64,000 bases of DNA from Perna viridis (Eukaryota). Shown here one piece after another: positions 1 to 14,734 of the stretch. Where the stretch lies: assembly GCA_037379345.1 (NCBI GenBank), contig CM074523.1:30767678-30831677 (forward strand). Direction: 5' to 3'. The notes under the pieces were generated by a model. The model searched no databases and was not told the DNA's origin. It was given only the letters and a program-made list of their open reading frames with translations. The position numbers and the translations under genes are program-made. Position 1 is the first letter of the stretch. The number at the start of each line of letters is the position of its first letter.

Positions 1-5
1 GTTGT

Positions 6-166
6 CTGGGGTAGATTTAGGTGGTTTTAGGTTGAAACTTTAATTTCTTGCTAATTTTACCACAAAAGATATCTACATTGCACCCACTCTGGAAGAATAT
101 TTCAAAATTTAGCCCAAAACATTTAATTTGTGTGCTCCCTAATCTAAAATCCTGGATCTGCCCCTG
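6..166. mobile_element. GC-ended palindromic MITE copy
   Basis: ctggggtagatttagg...cctggatctgcccctg. Confidence 0.55.
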
Positions 167-2069
167 AATAAAGCCTTTTATAAAACCCAAAGCTTAAAGC
201 AAAAGAGTACTTTCTAAAACTAAGTATCCAGTATAGACAGGTGTATCTGGCATTCTCAACATGACATCTACTATATATTTTGTTAACCATGCAACTGTTA
301 CTCTGTACAATACAATTCTATTGTTTCCTAGAGGGAAATGACAGGAAGTCATGTAATATGGTCTTCATATAACACTTATCTTATTTCATGATTGAAATTT
401 AAAGTTCAAATCAACCAGTCAAATTCAACTACTTCCTAAATTACAAGGCTTCTTTCAAATTTCACAATACTTTAGTCTGCATGGGTATTTAAAAATTACA
501 GTATTTTGAAACTGAAAAAATAGGAAGCATGATCTTTAAATAAAAAATTCCTGCTTCCTTTATATATAATTTAATTTTTGCCATATTTTTCCCCCAAAAA
601 CACAAAAATGGGGAGTTTTGGAAAGAAACAATTACAAAGAAAGAAAGAATGCACTGATACTAGTAACAAAGTTAGATTTTATCATTATGCTATTTTTAGA
701 CATTAGGAAATTTCAAGATCCAGTCATAGGTCTAAATATAAGGCTTCTAATGACTCTTGATTACTTTAACAAAATTTAACTACTTGTACACGTAGTGGGT
801 CAATTGTTTACTATTTAAAAACGATGAATCATAAGGACTTTGCAATATCTTAATCATGTGAAACTGACGATAAACCTTAATCTCAAAAACAGTATCCGCT
901 TACAGATAAACATGTCATCTTTAACATTTATTTCTTAGAAAAATGTTGGAAAAAGTTATTTCTGATAATGTATCATTTTTATTATGTAAGAGAAGCAGAT
1001 GCACATCAGAATATGATAAAAATATCCTATTCAAAGTTGGACTCAAAAAAAAAAAAAAAATTAAAGGTAACTTGAAATCAGACTTCAAATTTCAACAGGG
1101 TCATAACAGGGTCATTCTTTAGTGAATAGATTCTTACTACAGGAAAATTCAAGATGTTGGTCTTAATCCTCATTGATTAAAATCAAAACTTCTAAAATTG
1201 TTATAGTTTTTTGATATTCAAACCTGAATCAAACTCTATATTTCAATAAATGATATAAAACAAATGAGTTACTTAGCATTTTCTTATTAAAAGAAGTGAA
1301 TACGAATTTCCTACTTTTCTGTGTTTTCCTTGAAGAAAGAGAATTGTGTCCCTCCATTTTGTAAATCTCTCCACCACTGATAACTTGATTAAAAGACATT
1401 AGAAGTTGGTACAAATGTCAAGGGCTGCTTGTAAATAAGCAGTTTTAATTCAGAATGAGTGCAGTCACTATACAAGTGGTTAATGATTTAGGGTCCCTCT
1501 TTTGGCTCAATTTGAGCTTCCCCTTGTAAATGGCTTAAATACTGTAAATAAACTTTATAAAATGTAAATTTAATCTGATGTCATGTGGAACAGACAGACA
1601 GATGTTTTGTGTCAGACTCCCAATATGTAATTGTCCAATAAAAATGTTTTTAAGATATTATTAAAATTCCAAAAAAATACCAATAAAAGCATTTATTTCC
1701 ATAAAATGTAAATCTATATGAATGTAGACACATTTATTACTGTATAAAGCCCACAAAAACAAACATATGTTTTAAATGTCCATATTTTTCGCTCAAATTC
1801 TAATAATTTAAATTTGGAAATTGCATGTTGTCACAAAAATGTTACTCAAATGCAATTTAAAGCCCATTATAGGTAGAAAGATAAGGATAAAAGCAGTATT
1901 TTATTGTGACATCGCATTTATCTTGTTATATGGTTCATATTGTAAACTCTAGGTGTGAAATATATGTATAAGTGGTGATTTAAATGCAAGTCTTTTTGAA
2001 GAATCAGGCAGGCAGCAGTGATGGATGAAAATATGACAGTTTGAAATCCAAGGTTACCCATTGTTTGAC

Positions 2070-2270
2070 TTAAAGAATTAAACCTAGGGTAAGGAACATA
2101 ACTTTTGAAATCAGTGATATGTTTGTATCACATTCAATTTCACCATAGACTATCAAGCTTTCGTTTGAAACAGACTGAATTCAGTCCAAGTTACTTTGAT
2201 CCTTACATGAGATTGATGTAAAAAGCTGAATACAAACATTCCAATGATTTTTAGAGTAATGTCCCTGAGA
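2070..2270. mobile_element. MITE family A, degenerate copy
   Basis: cctagggtaaggaacataac...gaaatcagtgatatgtttgtatca...gagattgatgtaaaa. Confidence 0.7.
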
Positions 2271-4640
2271 GTATGACTTCACTAGTACTACTTATTGCCA
2301 TGAAATTTTAAAGGCACCAACAATATTGTTTTTAACATCAATGCATAGTAAATGAATTATTCAAGGGCAGATAACTATGGTAAATAAATAAAAAAAAAAC
2401 AAAAAAAAGAAAACAATATTCACATGTTGACAGTAATAGGTTCTTATGATTGTAGAAATTTTGCCTGAATTTTTTAAATACTTAAAATTCAATAGGAAAT
2501 TTCAAATGTTTAAAGATGAGACATTTTATGATTCATTCTCATTGCACCTCACTGATTTCTTAAGTAAACTGCACCTCAAGGGTTCATCACAAATCATTAT
2601 AGATTAAGATTCCTGTTAATGTAAAAATTGAAATTTAAAGATAACTGGTTGATAGTAGATAAGACCTTTGGTGCTCCCTGCTGGCTGTCGGAATTTGAAA
2701 AATTTTGATTTTAAATAACCATAATGTTTGAGTATTAAAAAGATATAAACTTTGCAAAATTATTTGCCATAAGAATTTTTCTGCCTATCGAGCAATATGT
2801 AAAATCATTAAAATATCTCAAATTTCAAATTAAAATTTTATGATAGTAACCCAAATGTATTTACTATTTATCTCACTATGGGGGACATGCCACTATTTAA
2901 CTTCTACTATAAATCCATTTTGTGGTTTTAAACCAGATTCATAAATTTCACTTTCAATTAACTTCAAATAAAAGTGCTACAAATTACATCTATTGTCCAT
3001 AAAATATCAATTTTTATGTGACATGTCTCCGATGGTTGTGACGGATCAAATTTCCATGAACTTTTACAGTTTTGGAAAAAATTTAGGATGGATCAGTTCA
3101 AGTAAATTGAGGTTTTGAATAACTTCTCCACATTTATTTGATGTGGTCAGTCAAACCCAATTCACTCCCTACCCTAATCTCCCCTAATAGATAAAATTTA
3201 AATTGTTTGCATAATTTTCTGACAAAAAGGAAAAATTTATACCGTAACCATTTTCAGTATGTCATACGACCCAGAAACCACAATTATGTCAGGATAACCT
3301 TTTTTTCAGTTAAAGGGGTACCAGTTATTCACAGTTTGACTGCATTAAGTCTGACAAAGTATGATTATAGTGACATCTATTTAAACCAAACCCATCTGGA
3401 CTTTATAAAACTGGTTCAGTTTAGACAGGTATTCAATTTACCAAGGTTTAAAATACATTACATTGATGTAAAGAGACTTTCAAAAATGTATGGTTTTGAC
3501 AGGTTTTCATTTTTTTTTCTGGGTTCAGTTAAGACAGATTTCACTGTATAATTATATGATAAATCACCTAATGATGGTAATTTGGAGATCAATTCAATTG
3601 TGGGAAGCAGGGATGATAAAAAAAAAAGATTTCCGTTCACTGCATGAGTCCGTCTTAAAAAGAGGAGGAGGGGATCGGAAAGACATTCGTATTTAATGTA
3701 CATTAAATTCTTCCTATAATAAATGTCTATGTAATCTTTAGTGAAAGTTAATATTAATTTGAACTAGAAAACAGACAATATTTCAAAATTCAAATTCATT
3801 TTTAATTTGACAGAACCCATTTCAGTGCAAACATATGACAGTTGTCACATATATAATTTATACATTTACATTAACTGTGGTAAAAAACAATAAAAACAAC
3901 AACAAAAATATTATTTACAATAGGTAGACAATTTCTGGAGCAGATGCTCTATTTCCAGTTAAAGTAAGACTTTCAGATTTTGTTTAGACAGATGCTTGTT
4001 TTACCAAGATTCAACATACATTCAAATTGATATATAGGGGCTTTTTAAAGTGTCTGGTTTAGACAGGTCTTCAGATTATTCAGGGTTCATTTCAGACAAT
4101 TTACACAGTATATTTTATCATTGTATAGATTAAGTGTAGGGAGAAAATGGGGAATATGTCCTGGCTATTATTTTCTCATTTTGCCAAAGTTTTACACAAA
4201 TTTAACAGTTTTCCGATAAATAAGGATTAGAATCCTAAAATTCCCCACAGGTGTGCACACATTTTGAATATTAAGGACACTTTTACACTATTGCAGGTAT
4301 AGAGAAAAAGTGGTTGATTTTTTTTGATAGAAGGAAAAAAATAGTGTTTATAATAATTATTTGGTTTTTTTCGTTGGGAATCAAATTTCATGGTTTACCA
4401 GACCAATGAAAACCACGAAAATTGGTACATCATGAACAATAGTACTTTCACAGTACTGAATTTGATCATTACTCTATTTTAATAAGCAGTTTCAAGAGAC
4501 AAAATAAATTAATATTTTGCCATATGTAAGTTCACGTAATAAATAAAGCCACCAGAAAAAAAACTGCATAGTCAATATCCTGTTCAATAAAGCCTTAGCT
4601 CTAACCATGACTTAAGGTCTGGTGTAAAATCATGTGCAAT

Positions 4641-4894
4641 TTAAGTGTAAGTGTTTGTAAGAATCAGGCAAAAATTGGAAAAATTAGAAACATGCATGTC
4701 AAAACCCCACTGAAATGTTCATTTTTAGTGTATTTCAATGAAAGAGTAACTCAAAGGTCCAGCATGATATGGAAAATCTTTCCTGCTTTCCTTGATTCTA
4801 ATGGTGCAAATAGTCAAATTACACTATCAAAATGATGTTTTTTTTCATACCATGTTCCACCCACAGCTTGATTCTTTCAGGGACTGACACTTAA
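4641..4894. mobile_element. TTAA-flanked MITE, family C (GTGT...ACAC)
   Basis: ttaagtgtaagtgtttgtaagaatcaggc...ctgacacttaa; inverted copies at 9773-10052 and 14385-14734. Confidence 0.8.
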
Positions 4895-5601
4895 TGCATC
4901 TGTTCTTAAAAAATCAAAATAAATATCAAGTTTACCATAAATTTAAAGACTTGACACATTAAATGGGACTTAGACAATTGTCTGCACCATAAAACTTAAA
5001 AATAAAATCCTTTCCAAATATAATTGTAGTTTTACAAACCATATGGCTTATGTTGCCATATTCATAAGTCATTAAATTAAAACAATAAATTTTCTTTAAA
5101 AAAAATTGTTGATGACCTGTTGAATGTTGACAAAATTTAGAAAAATATTCTACAAAATGTCATCCCATCCCAAACCGATTATCTTGACATTTTTACACTC
5201 TACCCACATGTCTTATATAACTATTAAAGTAAAAAGTGCCATTAATGGAAATTAAACAATAAATTTGAACAGTAAATTGGTTAATGACTTAACAAGTGTA
5301 TAATGACCTAACAAATAATGGCTTCACCTTCCTTAACAAGACTCCATTCATTGAAAGATATTGAAAACACATGACATTGGTAAAGAAAAAAAAAGGATGG
5401 TAAGGGTGGTTGACACATACTCTGATAAAATTTCTAAAATATGAAATATTTTTAATGGGTTTATGACACTCTGTTGCTGCTTTAAGACTTGATAATGCTT
5501 TGAGAAGTATTGCAAAAGTTAGGAAGTTTATCAACCAATTTTATTGTCAAATATAAAACTTAACTCAGAACATCATACTCTATATCTTGTACATGTATCA
5601 A

Positions 5602-6085
5602 AAGATATTGGGCAGAGGTCAAAGATCAAGCTCCTTAGCAGCAATGTCAAGGTGGTTTTGTTGTATGGGGCAGAAACATGGCGAATAACAGTCAGAACAT
5701 TGGCGAAGATACAGGCATTTATTAACACCTGTCTAAGACCTATCCTCCTTAAACACTGGCCAGAAACTATCAGCAAATCAGACCTGTGGGAGATGACAAA
5801 TCAGCTACCTGCAGACCAAGAACTTATGCAGAGACGCTGGAGATGGATAGGTCAAACACTGCGGAAACCATCAACCAGTATAACAAGGCAAGCCCTGACC
5901 TGGAATCCCACAGGAAAACTAAAAAGGGGTAGATCCAGAAACACCTGGAAAAGGGACTTAGAGGCAGATATGAAAGGGATGGGGAACAACTGGACAGAAA
6001 TAGAAAGAGCAGCCCAGGACAGAGATGGCTGGAGAAGACTTGTTGGTGGACAATGCCCCCGTAGGTTTAACAGGCGAAAGTAAAG
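5602..6085 (+). mobile_element. 5'-truncated non-LTR retrotransposon (RTE-clade-like), ORF C-terminus with short-repeat tail
   Basis: [20 protein letters not shown]...[12 protein letters not shown]...[22 protein letters not shown]; AAGTA-type tail; direct repeats at 5554-5601 and 6086-6134. Confidence 0.88.
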
Positions 6086-8415
6086 TAAAACTTAACACAG
6101 ATACACCATACTCTTTATCTTGTACATGTATCAATTTAATGATATTTTATATTCTTACCATAATTAAAAATTTGTAACTGCTACAGCTGTGAAGTTGTTG
6201 GTTGCAGTCTATCTGACATTCATCCCATCTCTTAATTATTTATGATGAAGCATTTAATTTCCAATGAAACATTAAAATATTTCACCAATTTTACCATAAT
6301 TGACAAATTAAAAAAAAAAATTAAGATATTCGATCAATTAAACTGTATTAATGGACAAAGTATTCCACCAATGTCACCCTATCCTATGACCAGGAAGGCT
6401 TTGGTACATTCATGTACATACTAATAACATGTTTATGATTTCACTGTCATTTTCGTCACCTTCACTGTTATAAACAACAATATAATCTGTCAGATCAGAT
6501 AGGTAAGGTGTCCTAATAAATAATGAGTTTAATACACTACCATAAGGACATGTTAAGTAATCCCTTTGATTTGTATACAGACAATACACACTGGTTACAT
6601 CAAGTTGGACAATTTGTTCAGGTATAGACAGTGATATTGTCTTGTTATATCACCTCTCAGCTGGACCTCAGACAAAACAAACACTCAAGAATTTATTAAG
6701 ATGTGTAGGTGGGGTTATGGTCAGAAATATTTTTACCTATAGTGTCTAACTTTGAGTTTCTTCTTTTGTTTTTATGTTCAATAAAAAAATTTAATTTCAT
6801 CACCATTTCACACCCCCTTAAATTGTGTCCCCTTATTCAAGCATTAAGGCATAAATAAGAGGGAATACAGACCCTATACAGTGATGAATCCAAATTGGGG
6901 TCAAGGTGTTGAAATGTCTCCCCTTGGAAAATTTTGTTAATTTTGTGCAGAACTTGAGCAAAATGAGGTGATAATACCCCAGAATCCCCCTTTTTAAAAC
7001 TTTTGGGACAGACCTACTGAATTGATTCATTGTTAGAATATATGGTAAAATTCCTCCTGTTTTATAGTGAACTACTCAGTATCCACTTAAAAAATTAAAA
7101 AAACAACTTTACTTAATCTGTTTCAATGGTGTAAATTGTAAATTTGTAAAAAAGATCTTGACACTTTGATCACAAATTTTTATAGCAAGAATAACCAGGT
7201 GTAAATACACATACTGCAATAAAATTATTTTTTTATAATTTTTTTTTTAATGCAGTACATCTCCATACCATATAAATACTTGTCAAGGTTTACTTGAAGG
7301 AAAAACAACTTCACAGATATTTATCAGCTAACTTTAAGTACCTTATGAAAATACTACTTGGGGCTAGATGTGATAAACACTTAAATCTGGAGACATCATG
7401 ATTTACAACACACTGAAAGTCTATTGTTAAACATTAATTTACAATGAGGTTTGCTGAGAACAAACTGGTTGTCTAACAGAAAATGAAACTCATTGTGACT
7501 TGCAGTACATAAAATAAAGAACAAAGTGTTGTCATTCAAACCCAGAGGACATAGCTAGCAATATGTATGCTAAGAGATATGTGGTAGTAATGGTATTCTG
7601 AAAGTCTCAGTTACAAAAAATTAGATCTTATTTTCAGACTTGTTTATGCTACTTTAACCAAAACATAGTTATAGTTGTAGAAAATGAGTAATAAAATCTT
7701 GAACTTTGTGTCATTTTATCATGGGTATAATGGAGAGTATAACAATTCGTAGAGTGTAATTTACAGTCAAAATCCATAGAAACTATCTGAAATTGTAGGG
7801 GTAAGCAGGTCTGGGTTTCTTATACTTTAATAAACAATTTCGAGGCTTTTGAAGAAATACCAGTAACATCCCCTTTTTTTTGTCACTCTCTCCTTTAAGT
7901 CAAAAAGTTTATCATGATTTTTTTGCTCACATATTATAACCTGGATTTAGCCACCCCCCTCTCTTTTTAAAATTTTTTTTTTTAAAAACAAAATTGATAT
8001 TATCTATGACCATAGTGTTGTACCCATGACATCTTCGGGCAGAGACCTTTGTCTCTAAACTATACCAACAACCTCAGAAAGCCCTATGTCATTAAACCAT
8101 ACAAATAAACTCTAAAAAATACATCTATAAAATGAAATATGTAAATTAGTCCTTATGTTAATGTAAAGAAGCTAACTATCTCACAAAATTCTTTGATCAT
8201 TGCTTTTACACGGGCAATTTGTACTAAAATAACTTTATAGATCTAAATTAGGTATTCAAACAGTGATGTAACCCAATCAGCTAATTTGCCTTGAAATCAC
8301 TTGGCATTCAAAACATTATTCAAGGACACCTTTACTTAAGGACCTTCCATTTTCCATTACTAAGAAATGTAATTTTTATAACTGAAATCTTTAACTTATG
8401 TATGATTTTTACATA

Positions 8416-8663
8416 TCAGGAAGGGTTGGAGTGGAAGTACTGGTTCTAGTCCTCGGAAAGGTCAGGAAGGGGTGGAGGGGAAGTACTGGTACTAGTCCTC
8501 GGGAATATCAGGAAGGGGTGGAGTGGAAGTACTGGTACTAGTCCTCGGGAATGTCAGGAAGGGGTGGAGTGGAAGTACTGGTATTAGTCCTAGAAGATGT
8601 CAGGAAGGGGTGGAGTGAAAGTACTGGTACTAGTCCTCGGAGATGTCAGGAAGGGGTGGAGTA
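8416..8663. repeat. 46-bp G-rich minisatellite, ~5.4 copies
   Basis: tcaggaaggggtggagtggaagtactggtactagtcctcgggaatg starting at 8416, 8462, 8508, 8554, 8600, 8646. Confidence 0.95.
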
Positions 8664-9473
8664 CTCATAAATGTCAAATATTTTAAAATTCATGACGACA
8701 AAAGAACAAAAATTTATGCAAGTATCTAAGATCTGTGTTGGGGTGGTTTCAGAAAATTATACAGTTACATGTATACAAAAAAGGGGGGATTTCTTATACA
8801 GAAATTTGTAAAAGGGAGGGGGTTGTTGTCCAGGCTATCATTTGCTGATTTCAGCTCATATTTTGCACAAGATTAACACAATTTTCCAACAAAAAAAGGG
8901 GGTCCAAACCTATGGATCCTCTATTGCATTACATTAGTCTTGCCAACTGCAAATTACTTATACCTTAAATTCACAATTTTTTACCAAAGTGTACTAAGGA
9001 TAAGCCAATACAAAGACTGTTAACAATTAAACAAAGCCAGAGTCTCACTAGAACATATTGTAATGGTAAAGGAAGGTTAAGAAATATGACAGTCTTCAAT
9101 TCTTTACTACACCTTCAGGGCATAAAATTCACAAAACTATTAGTCATGTTCACCTTACGCTCAGAAATATTGCAGGGTCATCACGTTTAACAAGCTTTAT
9201 GCAAATTTTGGTGAAAAAATAATTAATTTGTGTCACCTTCAGGCCGAAAGGTCTGGTAAAAAATACACTTCCTGACATCTTAGTTTGTTTTGGGGTCGTG
9301 GAGCATGTTGGTTGTTTTTTTATTGCTTATAATAACATGTTTAGATTAAATTTAGAATATTTATTTGTACATTTAATTACAATACCATGCAGATAATGAT
9401 TACTTCAAGTTCATGTCATATGCAAGATTTCAGAATGAGCCTTTTTTGAGGTTTTAGTTTTTAAAATTTTGAT

Positions 9474-9692
9474 TTAAGGTAGTAGACCTCAAGTAAGGGA
9501 CACAACTCTTACAAGTCATTTGAACATTTGCATTCACCATTTTACATCAATCTCATGGAAGCATCAAAGTTACTGGACTAATTTCATTCTGCTTCAAAGA
9601 GAAGCTTGAAAGGCTTTGGTGAAATTGAATATGATACAAACATATCACTGATATCAAGAGTTATGTCACTTACCCCAGGCCTACCTACTTAA
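9474..9692. mobile_element. MITE family A, full diverged copy
   Basis: ttaaggtagtagacc...ggcctacctacttaa. Confidence 0.8.
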
Positions 9693-9772
9693 CCCTAAAG
9701 CCACCTCTAGTATTTATCATAAATGAGTAAGGATCATAGAGCCTAACAGAAAAACTCAACTATGTTTCCAAA

Positions 9773-10052
9773 TTTAGTGTCAATCCCTGTAAGTATCAGG
9801 CAGTGGGTGAAACATGGTATGAAATAAACCCATCGTTTTGATATGTAATTTAACTATTTGCACCATCAGAATCAAGGCAAGATTTTCCATATCATGCTGG
9901 ACCATTGAGTTACCTTTTCATTGAAATGCACTGAATCCAGTGATGCAGAGAGTATCTTTTAGTGATAATTTATTGTCAGATTGGTTGGTTTTTGACATGC
10001 ATGTTTCTGATTTTTCCCATTTTGCCTGATTCTTATTAACACTTGCACTTAA
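9773..10052. mobile_element. MITE family C copy
   Basis: ends ttgcctgattctta...gcacttaa; internal match to 4641-4894. Confidence 0.75.
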
Positions 10053-10927
10053 ATGAATAATTTCCTTTTTTAGAAGATAGATGCAGTGGAGCCAGATTTA
10101 AAATCAGATTAAAAACATGGATACAAATAAAATGATTTGTAGGACGCAGATTGATAAAACTGCGGAGGTGGAACCATGAACAGTTGGGGGCAAATACAGC
10201 ACATCATTCCAGCTCTGAATTTAATTTGTGATTGCGATTAAATATTTGACACAGGAAAAGTATTTAACATTAGAATTGCATTGGTCCCTTTTGTGCCCTT
10301 TATCCCTTAATAAGCCTTTAGAGGTATGGCACCTTATAGTAAAATTTCAAAGAGATCCATTCACTTTCACTCAAGTTTATCTTTAGATTAGGATACCTTA
10401 CCATCTACTTCAAAATAAAAGTACAGTAAAAAAAAACTTTCCAAAAACTTGGCAATGTGCATATAGAATGCATTTGTTTGAAGCTTCTCCTTGACAAAGC
10501 TGAATCAGGTTAATGGACAGGCAATATTTATCTCTACCAAAAATCAAGCTTTGCTTTCAATAATTTATACAATTGCTTATTTTATGATTATGTAATAGTG
10601 CTGTTTAGGCATTTTAAAAGTATAAAATTATTTGCCAATTTTGAAAATTTCATAAGTGCACGAACAACAATCTGCATAACTTTAGAATGGACTTTGATCC
10701 ATAAAAACATAATTTGAGGAGATGGGGGAGGGATTTTTTTCACTACTGATCCTTTATTCATCAAAAATTCTGCCCTGACATTTTATTGGTCGTTTTATAG
10801 GTTTTAGTGATAACACCAATTATTTCTCAATTTTACTTTTATCACCAGTTCCAGAGCTTCCTCTTACCTCCCCTTAAAATGAAATACTTGATGGTATGTC
10901 TCATACTGGTTTACTATGACCGAAAGT

Positions 10928-11061
10928 AGTGGCAGATCTAGAGCGAGGGGATCTGGATAAAACTGTGATGATTTCAAGGGTTTTTATGGTCTTAACCCAA
11001 AATTTTTAAAAGAAAAGGGAGGGGTTCTAACCCCTTAGAATCTCCTCTGGATCCACCACTG
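10928..11061. mobile_element. GC-ended palindromic MITE copy
   Basis: agtggcagatctagag...ctctggatccaccactg. Confidence 0.6.
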
Positions 11062-13121
11062 GGAAGTGGTCGAACATACAACAGACATCTGTGTTTTATC
11101 TGCACTTATTGTATTGCACAAAAAAATCTATTTTTAACAAAATCATCCTTTTAATAGGTATATTCTTTTGACTATCATGTATGTACCTAGGCCTGGTATC
11201 AAAATTGTTCCTTAATGACTCATTTTTCTCTGTGATATGTAAATTCCTAAATTTAAAAATCTAATTTTAACATGTTGATCACTAGGATAACTATAAGATT
11301 TAGAAAACCACAAACATTCTATTGTTTAATGAGTATTAAAATTGTATATAACAACATTATCAGACTCTAGACAAATGGAACCAACCATTTATATCAACAA
11401 TGATATTTATGAAAGCACTGTGTGGGTCAGAGGAATGGCCATTTGGAATATTTCAGAAGTGTTTTGAAAATTTTGAATACATGTTTTTCTTCACTGAATA
11501 AGTAAATAATTTTAGTATTTCATACTGATACTGAATACACAGCAGTGAATGAAAATAAAAATAAAATTCATTGGTTTCAAACCTCAAATGTTTTGAAAAA
11601 GAACTGTTCGTGTTTAAATTTTTCGTCCTTGGAATGGAAGTGTTGACAATTTAAACCTATTCTATATCAAATAATATATTTCAATTCAATAAACAGAATT
11701 AAAAAAACACCTTTGTAAACAGCAGGTGCTAGGGTTTTTATACCTTATTAAAACACAAACACAACCTTCATTCAGAGGTTCCAGAGCACAAACAGTGGAT
11801 ATATTTTCAAATCATATTAGAATTCATTTGAAAGGTTCCACTAATTAACTAACTACAAAATATCACTAGACCATGTCTTGTTCCACAGACACTATTTTTT
11901 AGTGTATACCAGCAATAAACAAACATAAACTATTCTATTAAGGAAATGATTGTTGATAGTTGTGGGTGGATAAACACCCAGAAACAATAGAGATAAGTAC
12001 ACCAAAACAAAGGGAGATTAATCACGAGGCAATGACCCTTTCTGAGCTAATTAACTTTACATAGAAGGTGTTGCCCTGTTTATCAGTTAAGTGGAGTGTG
12101 GACCACCTAAATTAAGACATAAATCTTCCACTGCATGCTCAAATTTGTTGCTCCTAGACATTTTACTGATTTAATTTTATAGTTTAAGGAAGCAAAGAAG
12201 ATAATACACTGTTCAGTAAAGGTCTGGATAGGGCATTGAGCTTCTACAGACACTTTTATAGTACATAAAATGAAAGTTCTTTCATATTTTTATTTTTTAC
12301 CCCACTGCATGGTGGTCAAATTATATAACGTTTGAAGTCTAGGAACTCTTATTGTCTGACCTAAGAATTTTGGAATTTCATTTATCTATGTCTGGGGGCC
12401 TTCAATCATTGACACAAGTCAATCATTGATTTGAAACTTAGAAAAGTCCAGTTGTTGAAAATAAATTTGGGCCATAGTTCAACTGTTATAAATGGATTTT
12501 TTATGTACCGGTACAGAGAAATCCAACAATCACATATAATTGATATTAAGTGTCAGTTTCTGCTGAGATATTTCTAACAGTCTTACGGGAGAAACTATTT
12601 GATTTTTATGGGAGGGGGTGGGTGTGGGGGCTAAGATCAAAATTTTCGTCCTGGATATATTTTTGTGTGTTAAGACTATTCCAACTTTTTATTTTTGATT
12701 CAAGCCTGTCCTGGATTTTTTTTCATGATATATACAAATATGACAAATTAAAGTGTTTACAAAAACCATATCTTGATTTTTTTCAACAGTTGCAACCTGC
12801 CTTTTATCAAATTTAATACACATAAAATCAATTGGTCACTCTCTAGTTTAAATATTCTGAATTGCCTCATGAATAAATTTAGCCTTCATGATTTCCCGAT
12901 GGAAAACCCTGGACCAAGCTGGTCTGTAGCCACGTAACAAGTAAATATTGTGTAAGAAGATGTAAACTTCCATTTAACTTTGGACATTAAGTATCCAGTA
13001 GAAATTAAATGATAGCACTTTTCATATTTATTTTTTCAATGCCTCCCCAAAATGTAAACATGTAAGTTCATTTTCTAGGTCATCACCTTTACATAAAAAA
13101 ATCTGATACTACCACCTTAAG

Positions 13122-13258
13122 TATAGTGAAACCTGTCCGAAACAAACCCTGAATAAAACTGCCTAAACTTTTAAACTATTTTGAACCTGGGTAAACTGAA
13201 CAAATACTACATACCAACACACACAAAAAATGGGTTTGGTTAAGACAGATTTCACTGT
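13122..13258. mobile_element. Short CAGT/ACTG-type MITE
   Basis: tatagtgaaacctgtcc...gacagatttcactgt; same family as 59865-60178. Confidence 0.62.
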
Positions 13259-14384
13259 GGCAACAATTACGCCTAATGGGAATGATGCTTTGTTGTAGTA
13301 ATGCCTTTTTTCGACCCTTGAATGCCTTTCTTTTCACGAAGACAAGCCTCAATCACTAAGCAAGAGCTATTTATTGGAGATAGGAAGCTATGAAAACTAA
13401 GAGGGATTAACCTTTCAAATGTTGAAAGTTTAGATTTTGATAAAAACCGTTTGTCATGTTTGTATAAGATCAAAAAGATTTAACAGAAATTGTCTCCCTT
13501 TGTTTATTTTAGTTAAGAAATTTTCCAGTCTAAGTCTTTAGGGCTTATAGCTAAGGAGTCAGAATGACTAACAAATCGAAATTTTAAGGGTTCTTTCTTT
13601 TCGTGACATTATTAAGACTTTGTAAGAGTCATTCACAAAGTAAAAGTTGACTTTAAAATGTTTAAATATTGCAGTGCAAACAAAATTGTTAAAAAAACCT
13701 TGTCCTAAAATAATTAAGATGCAGAGTCACAGTGTCCTGTCATCTTATGTAAAAAAATTAATGTGTTAGGTCAAAATTTGAATTAAAAAGAAAACTTTTC
13801 AAAGGTGGTTATAGATGTCCTTGTTACCAAAAAGATAGATAAATGTACTAAATAAAAAGTTAAAAAAATTATCAATACCAGCCGTTATTCTCCATAGGGT
13901 ATTAAGAGGGGACGTTTGCCCCACAATTCTCCAACCCCAAAACTAAAATTAGAAAAAAATGTTAATTTTTTGCATGAATCCTTGATTATCCAAAAATATT
14001 ATACTTAAGCCTTCCCCAACCTGAACTTATATAAAACTTTATATGGGCATGTCTTTATTTGAAGTAAAGTTTGGAGGTCGATCCATAGAATTTGAAAAAG
14101 GGGAATTCCAGGCTAATATTTGCCCAAATTTTACACAAAATATTGTCATATTGGACATCAATAGCCATCATGCAAGGCTGGAATTCATCTTTATCAAACC
14201 TGAACAATTGTAAATGGCTGGCCAATTAAGTTTATAATATTTACACAAGTACCATGACAATTTTCTATTGTAATTTTTTAAATGCACAATAATTTTTATT
14301 TCAGATTATGCAGCTAGATGCAGATTTTTCTTTCAGTTTCAATTTACAATCAATACCAAAGGAAGGATGCATTCATTTAATCTT

Positions 14385-14734
14385 TTAAGTGTCTGCAGTC
14401 TCTGTAATAATCAGGCAGAGAGTGAAACACAGTATGAAAAAAACCCATCATTTTGATACTGTAATTTGACTATTTGCACCATCAGAATCAAGGAAGTAGG
14501 AGAATATATTCCTTAAAGACAAAATTTTCCATATCATTTTGATAAATTGAGTTATAATTTCATTGAAATGCATTGAAAATGAACATTTCAAGGGCAGATA
14601 ACTCTTTAAAAAAATCTTATTTTTCTAACATTCTGAACAAATCCAGTGATGCAAAGATCAAATAGTGGCCTTTTCATGTAGAGACATGCATGTTTTTCCC
14701 ATTTTGCCTGATTCTTACAAATACTTACACTTAA
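14385..14734. mobile_element. MITE family C copy
   Basis: ttaagtgtc...ttacacttaa; internal match. Confidence 0.78.

Noticed and set aside
5544-6083. 179-aa ORF as a host gene
   Set aside because: Non-ATG start, retrotransposon C-terminal motifs, bounded by TSD and repeat tail
8416-8663. CRISPR-like regular spacing (also 60445-60715)
   Set aside because: Head-to-tail repeats with no unique spacers, no cas genes, eukaryotic intron-rich context
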